Shown here: positions 39,049 through 47,611 of the stretch, one piece after another
Numbering within the stretch: position 1 is the first letter of the stretch
Layout: each line of letters begins with the position of its first letter
Origin: Escherichia phage vB_EcoS_swi2
Reading direction: 5' to 3' (one strand)
Length of the DNA stretch: 47,611 nt
Sequence record: NC_054649.1
The notes under the pieces: model-generated
Databases searched by the model: none
What the model was told of the DNA's origin: nothing
The model's input: the letters and a program-made list of their open reading frames with translations, nothing else
Position numbers and translations under genes: made by a program

Positions 39049-40676
39049 TGACTGATTCAAAGCAAATCATTGAACTAAAGGAATCTCTTAAGCCAACAGG
39101 TAAGCCTGATTCTGGAAATCCACTTGATGAAATTGACGTGCCAGAATTCCGTGAAGGATACAAAATTCCTCCTGGCTCTCTTGGTGAATTCATGTGCGAG
39201 ATAGAGAATCATTTTGAAAATCGCGAAGAAGGAGAGGTATACCGATTGCCGGGTGCTATCGCGCTTGCTCAGGTGATGGCTGGCAGATACATCATTGGCC
39301 CAAGCGCAAAAAACAAGTGTGCGACGGGGACATTTATTGTTGGTCGATCTGGCGCAGGTAAGGGTGCTCCATCTGATTTTGTTAAGGCTTACGCAGAGAA
39401 TCTTGGAATAACTCCTCGCGTATCAAAAAGCACCGTAACATCATTGCGACAAATCAAAGAACGACTAATTGAGGCTGATGGTTTCTTGCTTTATATCGCA
39501 GATGATTGTCCTGAACACCTTCAGGCTTGGTCAGATACGCGCTCACCGCTTGGTGAAACAGCTTCATGGTTCAGGACGTCGATTAGTGGTGACTGGTTCC
39601 CTGAGTCTCCTGTCGTTACATTGTTTCAGGAGAAGCTGGCTAGTGCTCAAAACCCGAAGTTAATACTCTCTGCTGCGCAGGCTCAGGGGTGGATGATACC
39701 TCGCATAGGTGAATCTGATGGCGCTATAGATTATCGCAGACTTGCGAAAATGAACCATGATATTGGAAGAAGATTAAATCACGCCATGCAATGTTATGAC
39801 CTGTGCATTAACGAGAAGGGAATACAGAACGTAAGGTTCATTCCTTTCATAACTGTTACCCCAGAACAGGGGATTGCAACAGTAAGGAGATGGGAAAAGG
39901 ATGGCGGCATGGGCAGATCTCTTTTCATTAAAGGCCATGAACACATGCCAGAACTTAAGAATACTCCTGACATGGAAATCAATAAAACAATAATAAACGA
40001 ATGGAAACCAAGAATTCCAGGTGGATTCTTTAATGTGGAATATGCAAATGATGGCGTTTCGAAATACTATGAGATGTTGCGCAGGCGCATAGATAAGTCA
40101 AGCAACATTCCCGGTGTAATTGGTAGCGTCGGCCCTCGCTCTGCTCAGATGGTTATTGAGCTTGCGACTCTTTGCGCTTTTGCTGACTTATCATCGCGCA
40201 ATGGCATGACTCCGCAGATAAGGGAATGCCATATTGAATGGGCGTATGCAACAGTAATGAACAGCATGTACGATCTGCGTGATTATCTGGAGGGAGAAGC
40301 AGAGTTTGACGGACTTGAAAACACTGAGTGGGACAACATTGTTATGAAGGTTAAAAAATGCATTGAATCAAAGGCTTTCGCTGAAAAGCCTTATATTTCA
40401 GTGGTAAAAAACAAACTTTGTCGCGACAGAATCAGTAAGATAATTTCCGCCGCCGATTCAAACTCAATTCAGGTTACGCCGGATAAATTTACTTACGAGG
40501 TCATCATTGCCATCTCTGAAAACAGGCATTCACCAATAGAGCTTGACCCAGAAAATCCATCCAATATCCGGCTTTCTGGTGGCGGTTCATGGTCTGGGTT
40601 GCGGATGAACTCATCAGTCAGGAATATCCTGTCATCAGCAATGAAGCGAATGAGATTTATGAGGAACTTGAAATGA
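39048..40676 (+). CDS. P-loop NTPase, putative replication initiator or helicase-type protein
   Basis: 542 aa; Walker A-like GRSGAGKG; located next to putative origin and primase. Confidence 0.45.
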   Translation: MTDSKQIIELKESLKPTGKPDSGNPLDEIDVPEFREGYKIPPGSLGEFMCEIENHFENREEGEVYRLPGAIALAQVMAGRYIIGPSAKNKCATGTFIVGRSGAGKGAPSDFVKAYAENLGITPRVSKSTVTSLRQIKERLIEADGFLLYIADDCPEHLQAWSDTRSPLGETASWFRTSISGDWFPESPVVTLFQEKLASAQNPKLILSAAQAQGWMIPRIGESDGAIDYRRLAKMNHDIGRRLNHAMQCYDLCINEKGIQNVRFIPFITVTPEQGIATVRRWEKDGGMGRSLFIKGHEHMPELKNTPDMEINKTIINEWKPRIPGGFFNVEYANDGVSKYYEMLRRRIDKSSNIPGVIGSVGPRSAQMVIELATLCAFADLSSRNGMTPQIRECHIEWAYATVMNSMYDLRDYLEGEAEFDGLENTEWDNIVMKVKKCIESKAFAEKPYISVVKNKLCRDRISKIISAADSNSIQVTPDKFTYEVIIAISENRHSPIELDPENPSNIRLSGGGSWSGLRMNSSVRNILSSAMKRMRFMRNLK

Positions 40677-40864
40677 GAACAATATCAGGCGAACTTTGCC
40701 GCTCAGAAGGTTTATGGCATTTCAGGCCGTATGGTTATTCGACGTGGTTTTTCTGGAGTGGGATTAACAAAGTATGGATTCGCTCTAATTACCACGTGCT
40801 TAATGATTACTGGCACAGATTTTGTGTTGGTCACGTTGATATTTCAAAGATGATGATTAAGTGA
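40673..40864 (+). CDS. Small hypothetical protein
   Basis: ATGA overlap with upstream stop. Confidence 0.3.
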   Translation: MRTISGELCRSEGLWHFRPYGYSTWFFWSGINKVWIRSNYHVLNDYWHRFCVGHVDISKMMIK

Positions 40865-40954
40865 GTGTAAGGAAATAGATATGGAATATCACACAGGTAA
40901 GTCGCTGCGAAATGTAGACTTCTGGACTGAAGCGCCAGAGTTCAAGGAATAACA

Positions 40955-40982
40955 AAAACCCTCCGATTGGAGGGTTTTTGTT
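40955..40982. terminator. Bidirectional terminator hairpin
   Basis: aaaccctcc gatt ggagggttt followed by TTTGTTAT. Confidence 0.6.
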
Positions 40983-41934
40983 ATCTGATGACTGACATTT
41001 TCTCTATCAACTCGCCAGCGTCATAAATCTTTCTCCTGATTCTCTTTGCCATCCTGATTGTGTCAGCATCATCAGGTAGCATCACCGGAAGGCCTGCATT
41101 CTCTGCGGCGCACAGCTCGTCGAATTTATAATTAACTATGCAGCGTAACCGTGCTTTCGTCTCATCGCTAACAGAACGCACCACTTCCCACATGTTTTCC
41201 GGTGACCAGCAGCACCAGACATGGGCGCCAGTGAAGTAATGGCATTTCCACGCATCGGCATAATCAGATGCCAGGTAAATGAACTTTCCGTTGTCTTCTC
41301 CGATTGGACTTATCGCTCCGCGCGTGAGCTTTCCGTTGATAGCTGAGTCTTTGTTGTATCCAGCACGGAAAAACGTTCTGAATAAATCACCATCCATGCC
41401 AATGAATGCCACGTTGCACGGCTTCATTGTGTCAGCGCGCATCATCTCAACCGCAATAAGCTCTCCAGATTTACCTCTGGTGACATTAACGTCGCAACCA
41501 ATACCATTTATCAATGTCCACTCATTCATCGCGACACGCGTCGTTTTGGCCATGATTGCTGCGACTTCCTGCTCGGTGATGAAGTTATCGTTGTAATTTA
41601 TCTTCGGCAACTCCTTCCTAATTGCCTCCAGCTTTTCACGCGGGTGCATATTCAGGAATCCACCAAGTGCCTCCAGTGCTTCGGGAAAGCTCATGCCTGA
41701 AAGTTTCATCAGCCAGTTCATGCCGCTACCGGAACCGCACTGATTGCATATTGCGCCGCCGTCGCCTTTTGTTTCGAAGTTGTCATCGAAGCGATACCTG
41801 TCTTTTCCTGAGCATGACGGGCATGGCTGATGCTTGCCATTGAAAACTCTGCTATCCACATTGACGATAGACATGATGGCGGCTTGCCAGTTGCCAAGCA
41901 TTTTTGGCTCAATGTCTTTCCAGTAGTATCTCAT
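40981..41934 (-). CDS. Putative DNA primase with zinc-binding motif
   Basis: CPSCSG...CNQCGSG zinc-ribbon near N-terminus; start at MRYYW with AGGAAG RBS. Confidence 0.5.
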   Translation of the reverse strand: MRYYWKDIEPKMLGNWQAAIMSIVNVDSRVFNGKHQPCPSCSGKDRYRFDDNFETKGDGGAICNQCGSGSGMNWLMKLSGMSFPEALEALGGFLNMHPREKLEAIRKELPKINYNDNFITEQEVAAIMAKTTRVAMNEWTLINGIGCDVNVTRGKSGELIAVEMMRADTMKPCNVAFIGMDGDLFRTFFRAGYNKDSAINGKLTRGAISPIGEDNGKFIYLASDYADAWKCHYFTGAHVWCCWSPENMWEVVRSVSDETKARLRCIVNYKFDELCAAENAGLPVMLPDDADTIRMAKRIRRKIYDAGELIEKMSVIR

Positions 41935-41946
41935 AAAATCTTCCTG

Positions 41947-41975
41947 TTGACTGTGATGTAGAATCATTGTAATTT
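41947..41975 (+). promoter_or_regulatory. Sigma70-type promoter TTGACT-N17-TAATTT
   Basis: Contains conserved GTGATGTAGAATC spacer motif. Confidence 0.45.
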
Positions 41976-41981
41976 ACTCAC

Positions 41982-42026
41982 ATGAAACAATCAATCGTTA
42001 CTTGCAATGAAACAATTAATCGTTAC
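41982..42026 (+). repeat. Tandem 20-bp direct repeat ATGAAACAAT(C/T)AATCGTTAC x2
   Basis: Copies at 41982-42001 and 42007-42026, 19/20 identical, 5 nt apart, immediately downstream of promoter. Confidence 0.7.
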
Positions 42027-42041
42027 AATAGAGGATAAGAA

Positions 42042-42194
42042 ATGGCTATCACCGTTAAGAAGTGCGAGGTTTGCGGAAATGAGTTTATCGGAACTGCAAA
42101 AGCAAAATGTTGCTCAGGAAAGTGCAGATTGCGCAAGCACAGACAGAAGAAAAACCCAATTCATAACTCAAAAACAGATAATGGAATATCTTGA
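42042..42194 (+). CDS. Small zinc-ribbon protein
   Basis: 50 aa ORF with C-x2-C ... CC-x3-C; GAGGA RBS; overlaps HNH start. Confidence 0.35.
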   Translation: MAITVKKCEVCGNEFIGTAKAKCCSGKCRLRKHRQKKNPIHNSKTDNGIS

Positions 42195-42654
42195 ATATAA
42201 CCCTGAGACTGGTGTTTTTACAGCTGCAAAAACACATGGAACACTCTGGCGTAAAGGCAAGATTGTTGGGCATAAGAATAAGGCAGGGTACATCACCATC
42301 ACGCTACTGGGAAAACTAAGGAAAGCTCACAGGCTGGCATGGATTTATGTTTATGGAGAAGATATAGATGGGTATGAAATAGACCATATAAATGGTGACA
42401 AATCAGACAATAGAATTTGCAACCTTAGGATTTCTAGTCACCAACAAAACATGTTCAACATGAAAAAGAAATCAACAAATAAATCTGGTGTAAAAGGTGT
42501 GCATTTCGATAAAGGGTGCAACAAATGGAGAGCGCAGACATCAATAAACAAGAAGAGGGTTCATCTTGGTTTGTTTGACACCATAGAATCAGCAGAAAAG
42601 GCGATTCGTGAATTCATGGTTGCTAACCATAAAGAGTTTATTAATTTAGGGTGA
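42181..42654 (+). CDS. HNH homing endonuclease with AP2 domain (paralog of 12995..13486)
   Basis: AHRLAW...EIDHINGDKSDNRICNLR and SGVKGVHF...NKWRAQ motifs; track ORF starts upstream at 42007 without RBS, so internal ATG preferred. Confidence 0.75.
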   Translation: MEYLEYNPETGVFTAAKTHGTLWRKGKIVGHKNKAGYITITLLGKLRKAHRLAWIYVYGEDIDGYEIDHINGDKSDNRICNLRISSHQQNMFNMKKKSTNKSGVKGVHFDKGCNKWRAQTSINKKRVHLGLFDTIESAEKAIREFMVANHKEFINLG

Positions 42655-42657
42655 GTT

Positions 42658-44580
42658 ATGCATAAGATAGACAAAATGATTTCAGAGATTGACATTAACT
42701 TGCTGAAATCCTGCTTGGATACTGGTGATATCGAGCCAAGACCATATCAGTGGTTGATATATAAGTTAACTGGTGATGTGATCCGCCATTATGTTGGTCC
42801 AAGCTATGTAACAGCAAGCGTCGGTAGCGGAAAGTCACTGATGATTGCCATGATAGCAAAGCGTTTTCAGGAAATGGGATATTCAGGGATGATTTTATCA
42901 AGACAGGGCGAAATAGTGGAGCAGGATGCGGAAGAGCTATGGTCGTTTGGTGTTAGAAACTCGCTATTCAGTGCTTCGTTAGGTAGGAAAAGTTCTACGT
43001 ACCCAATAATCTGTGGTTCTGAGGGTACTGTTGTAAATGCTTTGTTTGATAAAAAGGATGGGTCAGGGAATGTTATTGCAAAAGGTGTGCTCTCTGACTT
43101 TTGCCCAAGATTCCTGCTGATCGATGAAAATCATATGGTTAATGACATTGATGTTGTTAATAATGGTGATACGCAGTATGCAGTGATAATTAATGAGCTA
43201 ATGAAAAGGTGCAAAGATAAGCACGGCCATGAGTTGAGAATAATAGGTTATACAGGCTCACCGTTTCGCGGAACTACATCAATAAAAGGCGCTTTCTGGA
43301 AGAAAGAGATTATCAACATAGACACCAAGTACATGGTTGAAAACGGTTTTCTTGTACCAACAATTTTTGGTCTTCATGATGTTGATAGTCTGCATTATGA
43401 CCTTTCAGATTTTCATGGTTCAGATGTTGATGGTACTCAGGACTTTACCGCCGAGCAGCTCAAGCAGATGCAGAAAGAAATTCTTGAGCAAGGTACGTTG
43501 ACGCAGAAAATCATGCTCAAGGTTATGGAATTGACTAAAAACAGGAACGGAGTGCTAATTACATGTGCTGGTAAAAAGCATTGCCAGGAGGCGGCAAAGT
43601 ATTTGCCTGAAGGAAGTTATTCAATAGTTACAGAAGATATGGGGTCAAAAGCCAGAAGGAAGGCTCTAAAAGATGCATACACCGGGCGCAAAAAATTCAC
43701 ATTCCAGATAGCTGCCCTTACCACTGGCGTAAATATACCGTTATGGGATACGAGCTGCATATTGCGAAAAATAATGTCACTCACTCTTCTTGTTCAGTTG
43801 CTTGGTCGCGGGATGCGCCTGCTGAAGAAAGAGCAAATTGATGCCGGGTATCATAAAGAGGACCATCTGGTTCTTGATTTCTCTGGCACGATGTTTGAGC
43901 TTGGTCAGCTATATGAAGACCCAATCCTTGAAGAGGCTGAAGCGCAACGTTCAAAACGCAGTGGTGAACAAGTTCCGTGCCCGAAATGCGGAACAATGAA
44001 CAGCCCATATGCGCGCCGCTGCATTGGCAAAGATGCATTGTCGCCAGATGGTAGATGCGAAGAGTTTTTCAGTTATATCCGTTGCGGTTTCGACAAACAT
44101 GGCATCCGTATTTTTGATGATGGATGCGGCACTAAAAACGACCCCACTGCGCGTTATTGCCGACATTGCGATCATGTTTTGCGCGACCCGAATGCGGCAC
44201 TTAATGAGCGTGCGTATACAGATAATGAGTGGGCTGATGTTATGGATTTCAAAGTCCAGTTAACGAAGGATGGAGAAGGTATTTTGTATCGCTACTGGAT
44301 TAATCGTTGTGATGGCAAAGAAGGCTGGGCTAACGAAGTTTTCTACCCTTATGGCGGCGCAACTCACATGAAAAACATGTTTAAGGCAAAGGCGGTCTTT
44401 CCTCACCTTGATGATAAGTCAATGGCGGGGAAGATCCTGAAATGCCAGAACGCCAAGCAATTCATGATGTATGCGGGATTGATTAAAGCGCCAAAACGCA
44501 TCACGCATCGAATTAATGATAAAGGTCGCGACATAATACACCGCAAAGAATTTAAAGGGGAACAAAGTGAAGCAGCTTGA
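42658..44580 (+). CDS. Superfamily 2 helicase with C-terminal zinc ribbons
   Basis: Walker A VGSGKSLM, DExH-like LLIDENHM, later motifs, Cys-rich C-terminal region. Confidence 0.7.
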   Translation: MHKIDKMISEIDINLLKSCLDTGDIEPRPYQWLIYKLTGDVIRHYVGPSYVTASVGSGKSLMIAMIAKRFQEMGYSGMILSRQGEIVEQDAEELWSFGVRNSLFSASLGRKSSTYPIICGSEGTVVNALFDKKDGSGNVIAKGVLSDFCPRFLLIDENHMVNDIDVVNNGDTQYAVIINELMKRCKDKHGHELRIIGYTGSPFRGTTSIKGAFWKKEIINIDTKYMVENGFLVPTIFGLHDVDSLHYDLSDFHGSDVDGTQDFTAEQLKQMQKEILEQGTLTQKIMLKVMELTKNRNGVLITCAGKKHCQEAAKYLPEGSYSIVTEDMGSKARRKALKDAYTGRKKFTFQIAALTTGVNIPLWDTSCILRKIMSLTLLVQLLGRGMRLLKKEQIDAGYHKEDHLVLDFSGTMFELGQLYEDPILEEAEAQRSKRSGEQVPCPKCGTMNSPYARRCIGKDALSPDGRCEEFFSYIRCGFDKHGIRIFDDGCGTKNDPTARYCRHCDHVLRDPNAALNERAYTDNEWADVMDFKVQLTKDGEGILYRYWINRCDGKEGWANEVFYPYGGATHMKNMFKAKAVFPHLDDKSMAGKILKCQNAKQFMMYAGLIKAPKRITHRINDKGRDIIHRKEFKGEQSEAA

Positions 44581-44983
44581 TAGCGGTATATGGGTATTTG
44601 ATAGCGGTTATCGCGGAGAATGCCCAAAAGAGGAGATCGACCAGATGGGTTACGGTACATGGATGCAACACCGTTTCCCTGATGTTCTGTGGTTTCACGT
44701 CCCGAATGAAACAGGAACATCCAGCCGCGTCCAGTTCGTACTGAAGCGCCAGAAGATGGGTGTTAAGACTGGAATAGGCGACAATGTGATAATGACGCCT
44801 GGAGTGAAGCACACTTGCGGAATGATTGAGGCAAAGCGCCGCGATAAAAGCAAAAGCAGAGTGAGCAAGGAGCAATCTACTGTATTAACTGAGATGTGCA
44901 GGCTTGGTCATTATGCCGCAATAGCTTATGGGCTTGATGAATTAAAAAAAGCTACTTTATTCTATTTTGGACTTGATGAATGA
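44567..44983 (+). CDS. VRR-NUC domain nuclease
   Basis: GTG start with AAAGGGG RBS; PD-(D/E)XK-like core with conserved Glu and Lys; adjacent to SF2 helicase. Confidence 0.6.
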   Translation: MKQLDSGIWVFDSGYRGECPKEEIDQMGYGTWMQHRFPDVLWFHVPNETGTSSRVQFVLKRQKMGVKTGIGDNVIMTPGVKHTCGMIEAKRRDKSKSRVSKEQSTVLTEMCRLGHYAAIAYGLDELKKATLFYFGLDE

Positions 44984-45001
44984 CGTAGATTGATGTAGAT
45001 T
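44973..45001 (+). promoter_or_regulatory. Sigma70-type promoter TTGATG-N17-TAGATT
   Basis: Two tandem TGA(C/T)GTAGATT motifs; -10 TAGATT 44996-45001. Confidence 0.45.
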
Positions 45002-45032
45002 CAATTACACAATGACAAGTGAGGTGATGAAG

Positions 45033-45209
45033 ATGGATATTGAGATTCCGGATAGTTTTGATGCTGAGTGGCAATGCGAAATGCTACGCAATCTTCTTGT
45101 TAAGTTAAACGAACTTGATGATGGAGGTTATGTTGTCAGCGATGGTTATTCATTGCTTGATGATGCAATGAAAATTGTCGAAGCGTTACGTGAATACAGT
45201 GGTGATTAA
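45033..45209 (+). CDS. Small acidic hypothetical protein
   Basis: ATG 45033 with GAGGTG RBS at correct spacing. Confidence 0.35.
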   Translation: MDIEIPDSFDAEWQCEMLRNLLVKLNELDDGGYVVSDGYSLLDDAMKIVEALREYSGD

Positions 45210-46148
45210 ATGAAAGTCTATTTCAATAATGAATTAACTAATGAGCAATACCACGCTGACACAGAGCACATCAACGGTTCTGGCCTGTGGAACATTTATG
45301 ACCGCTGCCCCGCAGCTTGGCGCTACAAAGACGAAGAAGATGAGCAGTCAAAAGCTCTTATCTTCGGAACCGGAAGCCATACGGCTCTACTTGAACCTGA
45401 GCGCTTTGATGCGGAATATGCTCGCATGCCAACCAAAGAAGATTTTGGTGATGACCTGCTTGTTACTGTAAGCGATATGAACTCATGGGCGAAAGAGCGC
45501 GGCATTAAAGGACTATCAGGGAAGTCGAAAGCTGAGGTGATCAAAATAATTCGTGCAACTGGCGAACCAGTGAAGATTTACGACGAAGAGCGTCTTATTG
45601 CTGAAATTAACGCCAATGGTCGCACTCTGTTAGAAGGTGATGATTATGACGTCATTCAGCAAATGCGTGCTGTAATTCACGCAAACAGCTATTACAGCAG
45701 CCTTCTTGCTGGTTCTTATGCTGAAGTATCAATCCTCGGTGAGCTTTACGGGGAAAAGGCAAAGGTTCGGTTTGACTGCCTGACAAAAGGTGGTGACATA
45801 ATTGACTACAAGACAGCGGTAAGCGCCAAGCCTGATGAGTTTTTCCGTCATGCTGCGCGACTTGGCTACTTTATGAAGATGGCGATGCAGCACGACATGT
45901 TTGTTGCGGCATACGGTCATGCGCCGCGTTCTGTAAACCTTTTAGTTCAGGAAAAGAAAGCGCCGTTTATTCCTGCGTTAATTCTCTTGACTGAAGAGCA
46001 ATTACGCATCGGTCGCATTCAGTTGAATGGTGCAATGGAAATTTACAAGGCGTGTAAAAAAGCCAATTCATGGCCGGGTTATTCAATGGGTAATCCTGTT
46101 ATCGAAATGGAAACGCCTGAGTGGTTCAAGAAACAGTTTAATTTATAA
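45210..46148 (+). CDS. PD-(D/E)XK family exonuclease (recombination exonuclease)
   Basis: 312 aa; D ... IIDYK catalytic-like motif; gene context with AAA_24 ATPase and SSB. Confidence 0.6.
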   Translation: MKVYFNNELTNEQYHADTEHINGSGLWNIYDRCPAAWRYKDEEDEQSKALIFGTGSHTALLEPERFDAEYARMPTKEDFGDDLLVTVSDMNSWAKERGIKGLSGKSKAEVIKIIRATGEPVKIYDEERLIAEINANGRTLLEGDDYDVIQQMRAVIHANSYYSSLLAGSYAEVSILGELYGEKAKVRFDCLTKGGDIIDYKTAVSAKPDEFFRHAARLGYFMKMAMQHDMFVAAYGHAPRSVNLLVQEKKAPFIPALILLTEEQLRIGRIQLNGAMEIYKACKKANSWPGYSMGNPVIEMETPEWFKKQFNL

Positions 46149-46165
46149 TTAATGAGGTGATGCAA

Positions 46166-47206
46166 ATGGGTATTCTCAATATCAAACCAGCAGAGCGTTC
46201 AGGTTCTCGTGTGGTCATCGGTATTTCAGGTCAGTCTGGTAGTGGTAAAACATATAGTGCACTTAAGCTGGCGCGAGGTATGGTTGATTCACCAGAGGAA
46301 ATCGGATTCCTTGATACTGAAAACGGTCGCGGTCGCCTGTACTCAAACATCCTTGATGGTAAATTCCTGCACGCTGATATGTATGCTCCATTCAGCCCGG
46401 CTCGCTACCGTCAGGCCATTGAAGAGTTTCAGGTTGCTGGCGTTAAGGTTCTTGTTATTGATTCTGGCTCGCACGAATGGGAAGGGGAAGGAAGTTGCAC
46501 GGAGATTGCTGAAAAGCCTCTTCTTAACGGTAAAAAGATGGCTGACTGGAAGCGCGCCAAAGCTGAACACAAGAAGTTCATGAACGCCATGCTACAAAGC
46601 AATATGCATATCATTGTCTGTCTTCGCGCTCGCCAGAAAACTGACTTCGCAAACCCGAAGGAGCCTGTATCACTTGGGTTGCAGCCAGTGTGCGAGAAAG
46701 ATTTCATGTTCGAGATGACCGTGAGCATGATGATGCACGATGGAGGCAAAATTCAGGAGTTCACCAAACTACCAGAAGAGCTACGTCCAATCTTCTTTGA
46801 GTCTGGTCGTGAAAGTGTTCGTCATGGATACATTGGCGAGGCTCACGGTCGCGGACTCATCAAATGGGTGGACTCTGGCGTTAAAGTTGACGAAGAATTT
46901 GAGTCATGGCGCTCACGACTTCAGCTTTCCGCCGCAAAAGGCATGGAAGGCCTGAAGGAAGAAGCAAAATCAATACCTGATAACCTGAAAGATAAAATTC
47001 GAGCAATCTGGCCTTCTCTGGCTGCTTCGGCCGCAGAATATGATCGCATTGAGTCTTTCATCAATGATGAGCAATTATCCCCTGTGGTAATAACTCCTCA
47101 GGATAATTTCAACCCTGCAAAACTGGCCAAACAGCAACCACAGCAGCCAGAACAGCAGGAAGAAACAAAAACCGAACATAAACCAACTCCAATTGAAGGA
47201 TTTTAA
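46166..47206 (+). CDS. AAA_24-type RecA-fold ATPase (putative recombination protein)
   Basis: Walker A GQSGSGKT, FLDTENG motif, GAGGTGA RBS before ATG 46166. Confidence 0.6.
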   Translation: MGILNIKPAERSGSRVVIGISGQSGSGKTYSALKLARGMVDSPEEIGFLDTENGRGRLYSNILDGKFLHADMYAPFSPARYRQAIEEFQVAGVKVLVIDSGSHEWEGEGSCTEIAEKPLLNGKKMADWKRAKAEHKKFMNAMLQSNMHIIVCLRARQKTDFANPKEPVSLGLQPVCEKDFMFEMTVSMMMHDGGKIQEFTKLPEELRPIFFESGRESVRHGYIGEAHGRGLIKWVDSGVKVDEEFESWRSRLQLSAAKGMEGLKEEAKSIPDNLKDKIRAIWPSLAASAAEYDRIESFINDEQLSPVVITPQDNFNPAKLAKQQPQQPEQQEETKTEHKPTPIEGF

Positions 47207-47209
47207 TAA

Positions 47210-47611
47210 ATGGCTCGCGGCGTAAATAAAGTAATTATTGTTGGCACTCTCGGAAACGACCCTGAAGTTAAATATTCAGCATCAGGCTCTGCAATTGCCA
47301 ACCTTTCTGTTGCAACATCTGATCAGTGGAAAGACAAGCAGACAGGAGAAAAGAAAGAGCAGACTGAATGGCATCGCGTGGTCATCTTTGGAAAACTTGC
47401 AGAAGTTGCCGGAGAATATCTTCGCAAAGGTTCACAGGTTTACATCGAAGGCCAGCTTCGAACTCGCAAGTGGACTGACAGCAACGGTGTGGACAAATAC
47501 ACCACTGAGATTGTCATTCCACAGATGGGCGGAGTTATGCAGATGCTTGGAGGTAAACGTGATGATTCTGGTCAGCAACAACCACGCCAGCAGTCAGGGC
47601 AACAACCGCAA
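47210..47611 (+). CDS. ssb: Single-stranded DNA-binding protein, N-terminal part (ORF runs off window end and continues at 1..84)
   Basis: [22 protein letters not shown]...[39 protein letters not shown] closely matches E. coli SSB OB-fold; no stop before window end. Confidence 0.85.
   Translation, partial: MARGVNKVIIVGTLGNDPEVKYSASGSAIANLSVATSDQWKDKQTGEKKEQTEWHRVVIFGKLAEVAGEYLRKGSQVYIEGQLRTRKWTDSNGVDKYTTEIVIPQMGGVMQMLGGKRDDSGQQQPRQQSGQQPQ

Noticed and set aside
42007-42180. N-terminal extension of the HNH ORF from ATG 42007
   Set aside because: No Shine-Dalgarno upstream; the extension coincides with the 20-bp leader repeat and a better-supported zinc-ribbon mini-ORF in another frame; HNH start moved to 42181.

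Overview
This window reads as a complete, circularly permuted genome of a tailed dsDNA phage of enterobacteria (about 47.6 kb, siphovirus-like with lambda-type tail gene order). The ssb gene is split across the window ends: its 5-prime part runs 47210..47611 and continues in frame at 1..84. Minus strand carries the structural genes: terminase small/large, portal, head morphogenesis, scaffold/protease, decoration, major capsid, neck proteins, major tail, chaperone, tape measure, minor tail proteins, NlpC/P60 K-like, J-like tip protein and a beta-helix tailspike. A lysis cassette (lambda R-like endolysin, holin-like protein, Rz with embedded Rz1) sits inside the head module. Plus strand carries the replication/recombination block at the right end (P-loop ATPase, SF2 helicase, VRR-NUC, PD-(D/E)XK exonuclease, AAA_24 ATPase, SSB) and several promoter-to-terminator accessory blocks inserted between structural genes. 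Most notable are a truncated DnaN (beta sliding clamp) homolog in an accessory operon with a ParB-like protein, a CCGGTAACT iteron array flanking an AT-rich core (putative origin), a recurring promoter consensus, three homing-endonuclease-like genes, a Lar-like anti-restriction gene and one tRNA-Met(CAT). All calls are from reading the sequence and ORF track; no searches were run, so protein family assignments rest on recognised motifs and remembered homologs.
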